A stretch of DNA of 52,331 nucleotides from a virus (IMGVR_UViG_3300024520_000102:1-52331), one strand, 5' to 3'; counted from the first letter of the stretch, positions 8,890-17,555 are shown. A program made the numbers and translations. Notes: generated by a model from the letters alone, not told the origin.

Positions 8890-9350
8890 TGAAAGACTTA
8901 ATAGAAAAAATATTACACGATCATGGCGTAAAACTTTACGTTTCAGGTTTTGCCACAGGCGACTTGCCAGTAAGTACAAATATAGAAGTCAAAAGCGGCA
9001 GGTATTTAGTTCAGGTAGGAGATGACGAAAGCGAGGTTGCGCTATTTATATCTAATTGTCTTAATGATGATGGGGAATGGGAACACATAAAAAAGGTATC
9101 CACATGTGCCATAACCAATGAAGAAACGCTATGCCGTTTGGTATCTATTAGAATTGGCTCTCTGTATTATCCAAGTGAGAATAAATGCTTATTTAACAAT
9201 GCGGATAAAAGAGTATCTGTTTTTGGGTCAACCGGTACGATTGTGGGAAGTGTAGGCAGTCAATTAGATGTATCACTGTGGAAATATAAAATAAAATTTG
9301 ACAACGGCGATGTAGGAATGGCGTTTAACTGGCAAGTAAGGGATAGTTAA
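8889..9350 (+). CDS. hypothetical protein
   Basis: 153 aa, TAATG coupled. Confidence 0.6.
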   Translation: MKDLIEKILHDHGVKLYVSGFATGDLPVSTNIEVKSGRYLVQVGDDESEVALFISNCLNDDGEWEHIKKVSTCAITNEETLCRLVSIRIGSLYYPSENKCLFNNADKRVSVFGSTGTIVGSVGSQLDVSLWKYKIKFDNGDVGMAFNWQVRDS

Positions 9351-9376
9351 TATGCTTAATCGAGATTACAGGGAGA

Positions 9377-9640
9377 TTGATAATGGATTTTGATTTAAGA
9401 GTAATATTATCCGCTTTGGGATTTGTACAAGGAACTGGCTTTAATGGTGAAGTGTGGACAAATCCTGATGATGAATGGATGACGCAAGTGTGGGCTTGCT
9501 TGAAAGGTAAAATGGATAACAACAATAGATGGTATGATGCGAGAGGCCACTTTGACCTCGCTGACTTCGCCGATTTTTATAAGTGGTTGGGGTCTGTTTC
9601 TGCAAAAGATCATTACTCTAGTGAGGCGTTTGAGCGATGA
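9377..9640 (+). CDS. hypothetical protein
   Basis: 87 aa, GGGAG RBS. Confidence 0.55.
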   Translation: MIMDFDLRVILSALGFVQGTGFNGEVWTNPDDEWMTQVWACLKGKMDNNNRWYDARGHFDLADFADFYKWLGSVSAKDHYSSEAFER

Positions 9641-10062
9641 AACGTAAATCATACAGTAACGCTAAATATTGCCTTGTAATCAAGGGCAAAGTTAAGCCAT
9701 TCAAAACCAAAGCCACCGCTAAGGATTACGCCATTAACAATAAGGTTGACGTGGTACATATATTTGATAGTGGCAAAGAAGCGTATAGATACATTGAACT
9801 TATTGAGATGGTGGCGACTAATGAAATAAAAGGTTTAGAATTACAGCCTAAATTTACACTATCGGAAAAGTTCACTGACTGGTACACGGGCAAAAAACAC
9901 CGTGCCATTACTTATAAAGCAGATTTCAAATACTATAATAACCTAAAATCTCAATGGTTTGTAGAAGAGGTGAAGGGATATAAAACCCGTGAATTCAGGC
10001 GAACAGAGAAACTATTCAGTAAAATGTCTGAGGGCTTAGGAGTAGCGTATATTATTACGTGA
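9637..10062 (+). CDS. DUF1064-family PD-(D/E)XK nuclease
   Basis: FDSGKEA, LELQPKF, ITYKADF, VEEVKG motifs. Confidence 0.8.
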   Translation: MKRKSYSNAKYCLVIKGKVKPFKTKATAKDYAINNKVDVVHIFDSGKEAYRYIELIEMVATNEIKGLELQPKFTLSEKFTDWYTGKKHRAITYKADFKYYNNLKSQWFVEEVKGYKTREFRRTEKLFSKMSEGLGVAYIIT

Positions 10063-10071
10063 GGACAACCA

Positions 10072-10491
10072 ATGAAACCAAAATACAGAATTCAAGAAAT
10101 GATGATACCGATAAACGGAGACTACCCCGCCGTCATAGTCAAAGCGTTTTTTCGAGAGGGTAGCCCGTTATGTGTTCATGAAGCTATAAATAATAGCGGT
10201 TGGGTGATAACGGAAATAGCAACAAAACGAAAAGTTGGCACTAATTATACAGCAACTGGTTATTTTCAAACAAGCGAACAGGCCCGACAGTGTGAATTAG
10301 TTATAGCGCCGTGGTTTGATAACGGGCAGGCAGAGAGCAATAAACATGCGATTTTAGAGGCAATTAAACGTCACTTGGGCAATAATCCCCTAGACGATCA
10401 TGTCCCCTTTGTGCCTCCTCCAAACAGTAGTTATATGTTATATCCGAATGATTGCGACGACGACGATACTAGCGAGGAGTTTGGTTTGTGA
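10072..10491 (+). CDS. hypothetical protein
   Basis: 139 aa, GAGGA RBS. Confidence 0.6.
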   Translation: MKPKYRIQEMMIPINGDYPAVIVKAFFREGSPLCVHEAINNSGWVITEIATKRKVGTNYTATGYFQTSEQARQCELVIAPWFDNGQAESNKHAILEAIKRHLGNNPLDDHVPFVPPPNSSYMLYPNDCDDDDTSEEFGL

Positions 10492-10549
10492 GTTAGTTTA
10501 CAGAGTAAAAAAATGCAAAGATACGGTTATTCTGTAAACGCTTGGTATA

Positions 10550-10582
10550 CCCTCCCCGCCGCCGATGGGGTGACGGGGAGGG
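10550..10582 (+). terminator. GC-rich hairpin, probable terminator or processing site
   Basis: CCCTCCCCGCCGCC...GGTGACGGGGAGGG stem; no strong U-tract. Confidence 0.45.
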
Positions 10583-10593
10583 ATTAACTACAG

Positions 10594-10648
10594 CGTTGGG
10601 TAATCGTAGGCTTTCCGTCAAGTACGGATTAAAAAACCATGATAAGAT
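10594..10648 (+). promoter_or_regulatory. phage repeat-promoter copy 5
   Basis: CGTTGGGTAAT CGTAGGCTTTC CGTCAAG-N20-TAAGAT. Confidence 0.8.
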
Positions 10649-10683
10649 GAACCTATCTTAAAGCAGTCAAGGACTTAAACATT

Positions 10684-11283
10684 ATGACCAACTACACCGT
10701 AGCAAATTTCGCCAGACTAACAATAAAACTAACCCTCGCACAAAAGTTTCAACTAGCGATAAAAACCTTTTCGGTCACCGAGTTAAAAGCGTTGGTTTTG
10801 AAATCAGAGCGCAAAACGTTCCGAATTATTGAGCGTAAATCATCAATGATTACTCAAGACAAGCCGTTTCATAACTTACATCTGGAATACAAGCCAAAAC
10901 AAGGCCCTGTTATTCGCTCACTACCTTTGGCGGTTGTCACGAGAAAGACCGTCGTTAGCTCTAGTTATATGGATGGCTACAGTATTGAGTTAGCCCCTGA
11001 TTTTCATATCAACTATGATAAATGGCTTGATAATTGGGGAGATACTCGATTTCGTAGACTATATAAAAATGCGGAAAATGATAGTTTCAATGGTGGAGTA
11101 GAGATTGACTTTCCTACCGCTAAAAAGCGAATGATTGAATGGGGGAATAAATACCCTAACCAACGAAATAACGTTAATGAGATGGATTTATTTTGGCAGC
11201 TGTTTCGGTCTGAAATGACTGATCGTTATGGTAAACTGGTAACAATCGAGGCACTAACAAAGGATGGGATGAAATGGAAATAG
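10684..11283 (+). CDS. hypothetical protein
   Basis: 199 aa after AAGGA RBS. Confidence 0.65.
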   Translation: MTNYTVANFARLTIKLTLAQKFQLAIKTFSVTELKALVLKSERKTFRIIERKSSMITQDKPFHNLHLEYKPKQGPVIRSLPLAVVTRKTVVSSSYMDGYSIELAPDFHINYDKWLDNWGDTRFRRLYKNAENDSFNGGVEIDFPTAKKRMIEWGNKYPNQRNNVNEMDLFWQLFRSEMTDRYGKLVTIEALTKDGMKWK

Positions 11284-11726
11284 GACTAACCAACAAGATA
11301 ATTGAGATATATCCTAACCTAGATAGTGAGATACTCTACTATTTAAGTAAGCATCTTATAGGAAAATGGCCGCAATTGAACACAACAACTGAGTTAAGAT
11401 TAGTAAATTTATATCAATTAGCATTCAATTATCCTTTTGACCCACCTACACCAATCGTTGGCAATCGCACATTAAAACCAACTAAGGGGATTAAGGCGAA
11501 AATTGCCCGAATTGCTTATGAGTTTTATAAACATGATAGGTTGGAATGTTTAGGGTTTTACGAAGAGCCTACACTTAACGAAGACAATTTTTATACAAGA
11601 ACTATAGAATTAGAATTACTGAATATACGACAACCGAACAATAACCTGCATGGTTATTTTGGATATGAGCCACTAACTGACACGCTTTATATTAAACAGT
11701 TAGAGGATGGGATGAAATGGAAATAG
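11274..11726 (+). CDS. hypothetical protein bracketed by 23-bp direct repeats
   Basis: 150 aa; ends DGMKWK like the upstream gene. Confidence 0.65.
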   Translation: MEIGLTNKIIEIYPNLDSEILYYLSKHLIGKWPQLNTTTELRLVNLYQLAFNYPFDPPTPIVGNRTLKPTKGIKAKIARIAYEFYKHDRLECLGFYEEPTLNEDNFYTRTIELELLNIRQPNNNLHGYFGYEPLTDTLYIKQLEDGMKWK

Positions 11727-12004
11727 AACTAGATAAAAATAATATTGATCTGTGGATAGACGGACTGATTTTAGAGCCTCCGTTATCGCCACTGCAACTC
11801 GCATGTGTTCAGCAAGTGCTAAAAACGCCTAATAATTTCGCAACTTATGACAATCTACTGAGTTATTTATATGGTACTACAAAACGAGTTACGATGCGTT
11901 TTGATTCGTTAGTACGTCGTATTAACGAAAGAGTACCAAATCTGATAAAACGCAAGAGAGGGCACGGGGTGTATATAAATAAGGCAGGTCAACATGGGAA
12001 TTAA
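11717..12004 (+). CDS. stand-alone OmpR/PhoB-type winged-helix DNA-binding protein
   Basis: LSPLQ...LKTPNNFATYDNLLSYLYG...SLVRRINERV...IKRKRGHGV matches the Trans_reg_C pattern; no receiver domain. Confidence 0.65.
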   Translation: MEIELDKNNIDLWIDGLILEPPLSPLQLACVQQVLKTPNNFATYDNLLSYLYGTTKRVTMRFDSLVRRINERVPNLIKRKRGHGVYINKAGQHGN

Positions 12005-12563
12005 GCCAGATCAATGGATACATAGAAATATAGCACACGGTTTAATTCATCCGTGTCTACCAAGTCAGCTAAACGGCATAAGTCATGGCGTGTCAAGCTA
12101 TGGCTATGATGCGAGGCTAGATAGTGAGGTTAGAATGTTTTGTAACGCCTTTGGTGTAATTGACCCAAAAAACTTTAATGAAGACTTACTAACGAGTTTG
12201 CCAATAGAGGTTGGTGTTAATGATAAGTATGTTATATTGCCTCCTTACGGTTTTGCTCTGGCTACTACAATAGAAACATTCTCGATACCGTCCAATTGCG
12301 TCGGCATTGTAACGAACAAAAGCACGTACAACCGTTGCGGGCTGGTGATGGGAGTGGCAATTCTCGAACCTGAATGGGTTGGACAGATTACCTTAGAATT
12401 AAGCAATAAAACACCCCTGCCGCTACGGTTATACATTGGTGAGGGAATATGCCAAGTTGTATTTTTAGAAGCATCTGAGGACGACCAGTGCAGACAAACA
12501 TACGCCGATAAAAAGGGAAAATATCAAGGACAGACTGGCGTAACCACAGCGAAGGTAAAATAA
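11994..12563 (+). CDS. dcd: dCTP deaminase
   Basis: SHGVSSYGYDARL, KSTYNRCG, LEPEWVGQITLELSN, EGICQVVF, YADKKGKYQGQ. Confidence 0.95.
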   Translation: MGIKPDQWIHRNIAHGLIHPCLPSQLNGISHGVSSYGYDARLDSEVRMFCNAFGVIDPKNFNEDLLTSLPIEVGVNDKYVILPPYGFALATTIETFSIPSNCVGIVTNKSTYNRCGLVMGVAILEPEWVGQITLELSNKTPLPLRLYIGEGICQVVFLEASEDDQCRQTYADKKGKYQGQTGVTTAKVK

Positions 12564-12596
12564 GACTAAAACGCAAGAGAGGGCACGGAGTATATA

Positions 12597-12812
12597 TTGA
12601 TAATGACAAAACACTATGAGATTTTTGAGTTAAGCAAAAGAGGGCGTTTGCGTATGCCTACTGAGTGTTCGTATGGTGTCAAAGGCTCCTTATTCGGATG
12701 GAATGAATACGAAACGAAACAAGCCGCATATGATGATATAGAAAAATTAGGGCTTGTAGGAGAAGTCTATATTGTTTTAGAGGTTGTAATAAAGGAGAAT
12801 AGAGATGGTTGA
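12597..12812 (+). CDS. hypothetical protein
   Basis: about 70 aa ORF in the operon. Confidence 0.55.
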   Translation: MIMTKHYEIFELSKRGRLRMPTECSYGVKGSLFGWNEYETKQAAYDDIEKLGLVGEVYIVLEVVIKENRDG

Positions 12813-13008
12813 CATAAAAAAGTATAACATCAAACGAGTGGTTATTAAGGACGTGGGAAACGATTGGGGAGAGCCTCGTTTTTCAAAAGCTGAGGTTATC
12901 AGATGTGTGTACGACATGGGGTCGTCTTGGTTAGCTATCAACGAGAATTCAAATATTGATACTGCAACGCCGCATGTCATTAGCAAGGATGATTGTGAAC
13001 GAATATGA
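12805..13008 (+). CDS. hypothetical protein
   Basis: 67 aa, AAGGAG RBS. Confidence 0.55.
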   Translation: MVDIKKYNIKRVVIKDVGNDWGEPRFSKAEVIRCVYDMGSSWLAINENSNIDTATPHVISKDDCERI

Positions 13009-13349
13009 GAAATATCAGTTTTAGCAAAACAATACCACAATTCAAAGCGAGAACTAAAACCGTTACACGTCGTATCGGTTGGGAGTTCCTCAGACCCGGT
13101 GATTTACTGATGGCTATAGAAAAGGGCCAAGGGTTAAAGAAGGGGGGAAAGGTTGTCAAGTTAGGGCCTATTAGAATTTTGAAAGCATTTAGAACGCCGC
13201 TTAGTCTTATTGACCAGCAAGATGTTATCAGGGAAGGCTTCCCTGATATGTCACCTGATGAGTTTGTGGCGTTTTTTTGTAAAGCTATGCGATGCCAGCC
13301 GGATAAAATCGTGACAAGAATTAGATTTGAATATGTAGAGACTGTTTAG
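13005..13349 (+). CDS. ASCH/PUA-like domain protein
   Basis: ISFS...TKTVTRR...GDLL...REGF pattern. Confidence 0.7.
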   Translation: MRNISFSKTIPQFKARTKTVTRRIGWEFLRPGDLLMAIEKGQGLKKGGKVVKLGPIRILKAFRTPLSLIDQQDVIREGFPDMSPDEFVAFFCKAMRCQPDKIVTRIRFEYVETV

Positions 13350-13847
13350 ATGCAATATCGTACAATGGCAGATTTTGAATTTTGGCACATGGAGCCGTTA
13401 TTCGATTGTTATCGGGAGATAAAACAAATGGAAAATCAAGAATTAAACTTAGAACCAAAAACGCCGCAGGACTTTTTGAACAATGCTATTTATGTAAAAG
13501 CTAATCATTTAGCTTTACAGTATGAAGTAGAAGAAATCACAGAGGATGAGATTGAGGCGGCAACAGAAGAAATTAGATGCGGTTATGATGTAGAAACAGG
13601 ACTGGATGCTTCTGAAATTGTAAGGAATTGGGTAACATATTTTATCGTTACACATGTTGCTAAACTGATACAAGGTCGGTGGGTTGGCTGGCTATATTGC
13701 AACACAACCGACGAATACCAAGATAGTGCTAACTCGTATGACTGGCTTGGGAACGCTCACTTCTTAGATGTTGAGGAACGAATACAGACAGTTCAAATCT
13801 TTAGCCGTCAGCCAAGCGTAGAGCAAGCGTCAAGCACTACGGAATAA
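13350..13847 (+). CDS. hypothetical phage protein (start possibly 13428)
   Basis: GRWVGW...DWLGNAHFLDV; resembles 17097..17552. Confidence 0.6.
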   Translation: MQYRTMADFEFWHMEPLFDCYREIKQMENQELNLEPKTPQDFLNNAIYVKANHLALQYEVEEITEDEIEAATEEIRCGYDVETGLDASEIVRNWVTYFIVTHVAKLIQGRWVGWLYCNTTDEYQDSANSYDWLGNAHFLDVEERIQTVQIFSRQPSVEQASSTTE

Positions 13848-13860
13848 AGCATGATAAGAT
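13806..13860 (+). promoter_or_regulatory. phage repeat-promoter copy 6 (inside the 3' end of a CDS)
   Basis: CGTCAGCCAAG CGTAGAGCAAG CGTCAAG-N20-TAAGAT. Confidence 0.8.
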
Positions 13861-14134
13861 GGATTATGAAATGATAAACAAACACCAACAAGCAAAACTA
13901 AAAGTCGCTCAAATCATCCGTAGTACTCAGCAATGGCCCAACGCAGTGGCTACCTTACAGCTTTGGGGCTACCGATGGAACGGGAACGAGTGGCGACAAT
14001 CAGAGCCAAACGGCGGTTTATACGGAGTTTGCCAGTCATGTTGGTTGAAAGCTGGTGAAGTTCATTCTGTCTTAAATGGCAAGTGGGTTTGTATGGCTTG
14101 TGATGATATTGATGAAGGTAAAAGGGAAAATTAA
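13859..14134 (+). CDS. hypothetical protein with C-terminal CxxC pair (start probably 13871)
   Basis: CQSC...CMAC. Confidence 0.6.
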   Translation: MDYEMINKHQQAKLKVAQIIRSTQQWPNAVATLQLWGYRWNGNEWRQSEPNGGLYGVCQSCWLKAGEVHSVLNGKWVCMACDDIDEGKREN

Positions 14135-14334
14135 TGCCAAAACTAAGAAAGTTTACCTTTTGTAAAGGTAAATATAAAGATTTAGATACATACAGGATAG
14201 GATGGGTGGGCGTCTTGCCAATTAGAACCTTTGATGGTTATGAGTTTCTATTCCGTCATCAATCACCATTCAAAGATTTTCTAGGTAATCGTCTGAAATC
14301 AGGGACAGATTACTATGTGAAAAAGGAGAACTAG
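14134..14334 (+). CDS. hypothetical protein
   Basis: 66 aa, coupled both sides. Confidence 0.55.
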   Translation: MPKLRKFTFCKGKYKDLDTYRIGWVGVLPIRTFDGYEFLFRHQSPFKDFLGNRLKSGTDYYVKKEN

Positions 14335-14654
14335 TGGATAACTGCTGTCCGTTTTGCGGATACGAGGGCGAAGTATTAACAAAAGAATATACTAACAAAA
14401 CGTATTCTATACAATGCCCGAAATGTTGGGCGACGGGGCCAATCTCTGAGTTTGAGAACCTCGCATGGGAAGGTTGGAAACATCGGCATGGAAAGGGCGT
14501 AATATGGAGCGTTGACGAAAAACTACCGGATAAGAAAGGCAACTATCTTGTGATTTTAGCCACAAATGAATGGAATTGGAAAACGTTTGACGGTGAAAGA
14601 TTTGTACTTTGTGACGTTATCAAATGGGTTGATTTGCCTGAAATAACAGAGTAA
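14334..14654 (+). CDS. Lar-like (restriction alleviation) zinc finger fused to DUF551-like domain
   Basis: CPFCG...CPKCWATGP then WSVDEKLP...YLV...VIKWVDLPE. Confidence 0.65.
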   Translation: MDNCCPFCGYEGEVLTKEYTNKTYSIQCPKCWATGPISEFENLAWEGWKHRHGKGVIWSVDEKLPDKKGNYLVILATNEWNWKTFDGERFVLCDVIKWVDLPEITE

Positions 14655-14661
14655 CAAATAC

Positions 14662-14804
14662 CGACAGTCAGCATGTGGTGTAAATGCTTAGACAGCAAAG
14701 TAGTTGTCTGGATTGCGAGAGGCTAGGCGGTAGCCCGTCGATAAGTGGCTCGTATATTTAATCTTCCAAAAAGATTGACGGGAGTCCGATTCCCCCACTG
14801 TCGA
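14662..14804 (+). ncRNA. tRNA-like RNA with a large structured insert in place of the anticodon arm
   Basis: acceptor CGACAGT/ACTGTCG, D-arm GCAT/ATGC, T-arm GGGAG-TCCGATT-CCCCC, about 90 nt of internal hairpins. Confidence 0.6.
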
Positions 14805-14926
14805 ATAGCGAAACTAAGTAGGTTAGCTACCTGCTAAAGTCGTTAAGCGTGGGGTGCATACCTCACACGCAAAACCCCCTTTCACGAGGCCAGCCATTAA
14901 TTTCTATTGGGGGTTGAGGGCTGGTC

Positions 14927-14994
14927 AGGGCTGTAGTTTAATTGGTAGAACGCCGTTGTATACGGTAGTGTGGGGTCGATACCCATCAGCCTAA
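14927..14994 (+). tRNA. atypical tRNA-like gene with a shortened anticodon arm (nominal GTA, Tyr)
   Basis: GGGCTG-TA-GTTT-AATTGGTA-GAAC D-arm, GTGGG-GTCGATA-CCCAT T-arm, CAGCCT; anticodon stem only 3-4 bp. Confidence 0.55.
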
Positions 14995-15052
14995 ATAGAT
15001 TACCCCCCTTTGGTGGTTTAGCGAGTGGCTAAATCATCATCGGGGTTAGCTA

Positions 15053-15087
15053 AAAAGCAGGGTATCATAGATACGATACCCTGCTTT
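15053..15087 (+). terminator. intrinsic terminator-like hairpin
   Basis: AAAGCAGGGTATC...GATACCCTGCTTT. Confidence 0.65.
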
Positions 15088-15103
15088 AATCAAATTAGAG
15101 GAT

Positions 15104-15304
15104 GTGATTATGTTAGAAAATACCAACGGGGTAACAATTAAAGAGTTAATCGAGTGGCTTCAACAGTTACCGAACAATAACGGTACTGTTTGGGTGGGGG
15201 ATAGTGAGGGCTACTCTAATGAGTGTGTTGAAGTTTGGATGTTAAATCAACGAGAGACATCTTGTGATGTACTACTTAGTATTAGAGTTGTGGAGCAAGA
15301 ATAA
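15104..15304 (+). CDS. hypothetical protein
   Basis: 66 aa, TIKELIEWLQQLP pattern common in phage ORFs. Confidence 0.6.
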   Translation: MIMLENTNGVTIKELIEWLQQLPNNNGTVWVGDSEGYSNECVEVWMLNQRETSCDVLLSIRVVEQE

Positions 15305-15341
15305 TGGGACGAATATTGATTTTGCTAGGGCGGGGTTAATT

Positions 15342-15635
15342 ATGGACTTAGAAAACTTAAAAATTCAGCGAAAAACACATATACAAGCAATCAAAAACGC
15401 AATTGAGAAAAAAGAAGCAATTGAACAACAGATTGCTGACAAACTTTGCCCGTTTAAGATTGGGGATACAGTCAAATATGCAGGCGCACAGGATAGTAAA
15501 GACAATGTGATTGTTGTTGGTTGTGAGTATTACAGTGATACTCAATGTTCTATTTTTGTTGCAAGAATAAAAAAGAATGGAAAGGCGTACAAAGAGAGAA
15601 ACAAAGCATGGGGGCAACTCAAGTTAGTTGAGTAG
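15342..15635 (+). CDS. hypothetical protein
   Basis: start set at MDLENL; CPFKIGDTV...IKKNG. Confidence 0.6.
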   Translation: MDLENLKIQRKTHIQAIKNAIEKKEAIEQQIADKLCPFKIGDTVKYAGAQDSKDNVIVVGCEYYSDTQCSIFVARIKKNGKAYKERNKAWGQLKLVE

Positions 15636-15825
15636 AAAAATGATACACTATAATTCTAAACTATTTCAATTTGTGAAATCAGACGGGTTATTTTGGATGA
15701 GGCTTTTTAGAACTTACGGCTTTGCTATAAAAGACACACGTAAACACCCCAAACTCTTTTCTGAAAAGCAAGGATTTCATTATCAATTCACATTAAATAC
15801 TTTCCATTTTAGACTATTAAAATGA
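15628..15825 (+). CDS. hypothetical protein
   Basis: about 62-65 aa ORF in the operon. Confidence 0.5.
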   Translation: MSRKMIHYNSKLFQFVKSDGLFWMRLFRTYGFAIKDTRKHPKLFSEKQGFHYQFTLNTFHFRLLK

Positions 15826-15888
15826 GTAGAAAGCGAAAAGCGCCTCAACAAGGGATTGAGGCGCTCAAGGCAAAGGAGAGAATAAATA

Positions 15889-17100
15889 ATGGGGCAAGAA
15901 TACAATAAAATCATTATAGCATTGTTTGCGACGGTTGTCTACCTTTACCTTGCCCCAATTAAATTTTATGTCGAATTGTGGGCTAATCTCGGCGCAATCG
16001 CTATCACCATCGCCATACCTTTAGCGGTGGCTTGGGCCTTTGCCATCCCATTCATTAAAGCGTTCTATCACTATCAAGACCGTGAACGAGACTGGCAAGA
16101 ACGGCAAGTTGAGTTAGTGATTAAAAGGGAGAAAGTGCGAGGCTCTAAATCTCCGATACTTGAAAGCAACCCCCCAACTTTGCTGGCAGATAACGACCCA
16201 CAAATCGAGATTAACAACGACTGGCTTAATACCTTTTGCCTTCCGTCTCACAATCCCCACATCGCTGTTTTTGGCGGTACAGGAGACGGTAAGACGACGC
16301 TAATTCAGTTAATGGTATGGTTGCTACAAAAACCCCACAAATCAGCAGGCTACCACATCTATGACCCGCACAACGAAGCAGATAAATGGTTTACAAAAGT
16401 GGTTTCTGATGATTTGGGTTATGCCGAGAACTTTGCACATTATGCCGTGGATGTGTTGCAAAAACGCAAAGAGCAAAAGCCTGATTATATCGACATCTTA
16501 ATAGCTTCTGAAATTGGCGAATACTCAAATACTAAATTCAGTAAAATCATTGAACCAGTCGCCACGGCTGGCAGAAAGTATGGCGAAGTGTTGATTATGG
16601 ATAATCAGGGTTTTACTAAATCAAGTTGTGGTTTTGACCCTCAACAGTTATCTAACTTTGGTAAAATCTTTATGGGGGATTGCGCTTTTGATGCAATGAG
16701 CCATGCTATATTTTCGCAACGGTCAAACAAGCAACATAAAAAGATATGGCAAGAGCAATTAACCAAACTCGCTAGTCAAAATCGAGGTAAAGCGGTAAGT
16801 GACCCTGACCGAACTAGATACGGGTTAGCCGTGCCCACGGTTGGCATGCCGTTCGTTTTTGAGCTAGACAGCATAGACGTGGAGGCTTTGGAGTTTGAAC
16901 AGAAGGCAGATATAAACCAGTTGTTTCTTTTGCCACCAAAAGAACAGACAGACCTTGAGGTTTTGACGGCAAATAGTGATAAGATTAAACGTAAAAAAGG
17001 CGTGATTACTCAAGCATCGGTAGGTGATATTTTGGGGATACCAAACGCTGGCAGTTATCGGGGCAGGATATTAAACGTGATAAAGGAGTATGAACAATGA
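15889..17100 (+). CDS. membrane-anchored P-loop ATPase, FtsK/HerA/VirD4 superfamily
   Basis: two N-terminal TM helices; HIAVFGGTGDGKT Walker A; YDPH; GRKYG..IMDNQ; Walker B position reads ILIASE. Confidence 0.75.
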   Translation: MGQEYNKIIIALFATVVYLYLAPIKFYVELWANLGAIAITIAIPLAVAWAFAIPFIKAFYHYQDRERDWQERQVELVIKREKVRGSKSPILESNPPTLLADNDPQIEINNDWLNTFCLPSHNPHIAVFGGTGDGKTTLIQLMVWLLQKPHKSAGYHIYDPHNEADKWFTKVVSDDLGYAENFAHYAVDVLQKRKEQKPDYIDILIASEIGEYSNTKFSKIIEPVATAGRKYGEVLIMDNQGFTKSSCGFDPQQLSNFGKIFMGDCAFDAMSHAIFSQRSNKQHKKIWQEQLTKLASQNRGKAVSDPDRTRYGLAVPTVGMPFVFELDSIDVEALEFEQKADINQLFLLPPKEQTDLEVLTANSDKIKRKKGVITQASVGDILGIPNAGSYRGRILNVIKEYEQ

Positions 17101-17552
17101 TAGAAATAACAACAGAGGGCATGACAGCTACACAATGTTTGATGGCGTATGCGTTACGGTTTGCGGTCTCGGATAGTGTGGATAATGAGAGCTATGAGGT
17201 TAGTTTTCTCGAAACTAACTTAACATCTGATAACGTGGACAGTGTTTTTCAAAGAGCCATAAGTATAGAAGACGATTCAGACTTTTATTACTTATCCATC
17301 AGAGACCAAGGTATACCAAGCGAAGTTAAACCTAAAGAAACATCTCGACATTATGAGGTTGAGGAGTATGTGATTGATATTCATGGCGACGGGTCGGTTT
17401 TGGTCGGTTTTCCTTACTGGTTCGGAGGTGGGAAGCACGGAAACGCAAGCCAGATTGATTTTTTTGATGATGCTTATTTTGTGGTAAAAACGCAAGAGAT
17501 TAAGGTTGTTAATATTTATCAACGATTAAAAGCTAAATTCGGAGAACAATAA
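17097..17552 (+). CDS. conserved phage hypothetical protein
   Basis: SRHYE...VGFPYWFGGGKHG motif. Confidence 0.65.
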   Translation: MIEITTEGMTATQCLMAYALRFAVSDSVDNESYEVSFLETNLTSDNVDSVFQRAISIEDDSDFYYLSIRDQGIPSEVKPKETSRHYEVEEYVIDIHGDGSVLVGFPYWFGGGKHGNASQIDFFDDAYFVVKTQEIKVVNIYQRLKAKFGEQ

Positions 17553-17555
17553 ACA

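Noticed and set aside
14662-14804. tmRNA or intron-containing tRNA
   Set aside because: Too short, has a full D-arm, no Ala identity pair, no tag ORF and no group I core
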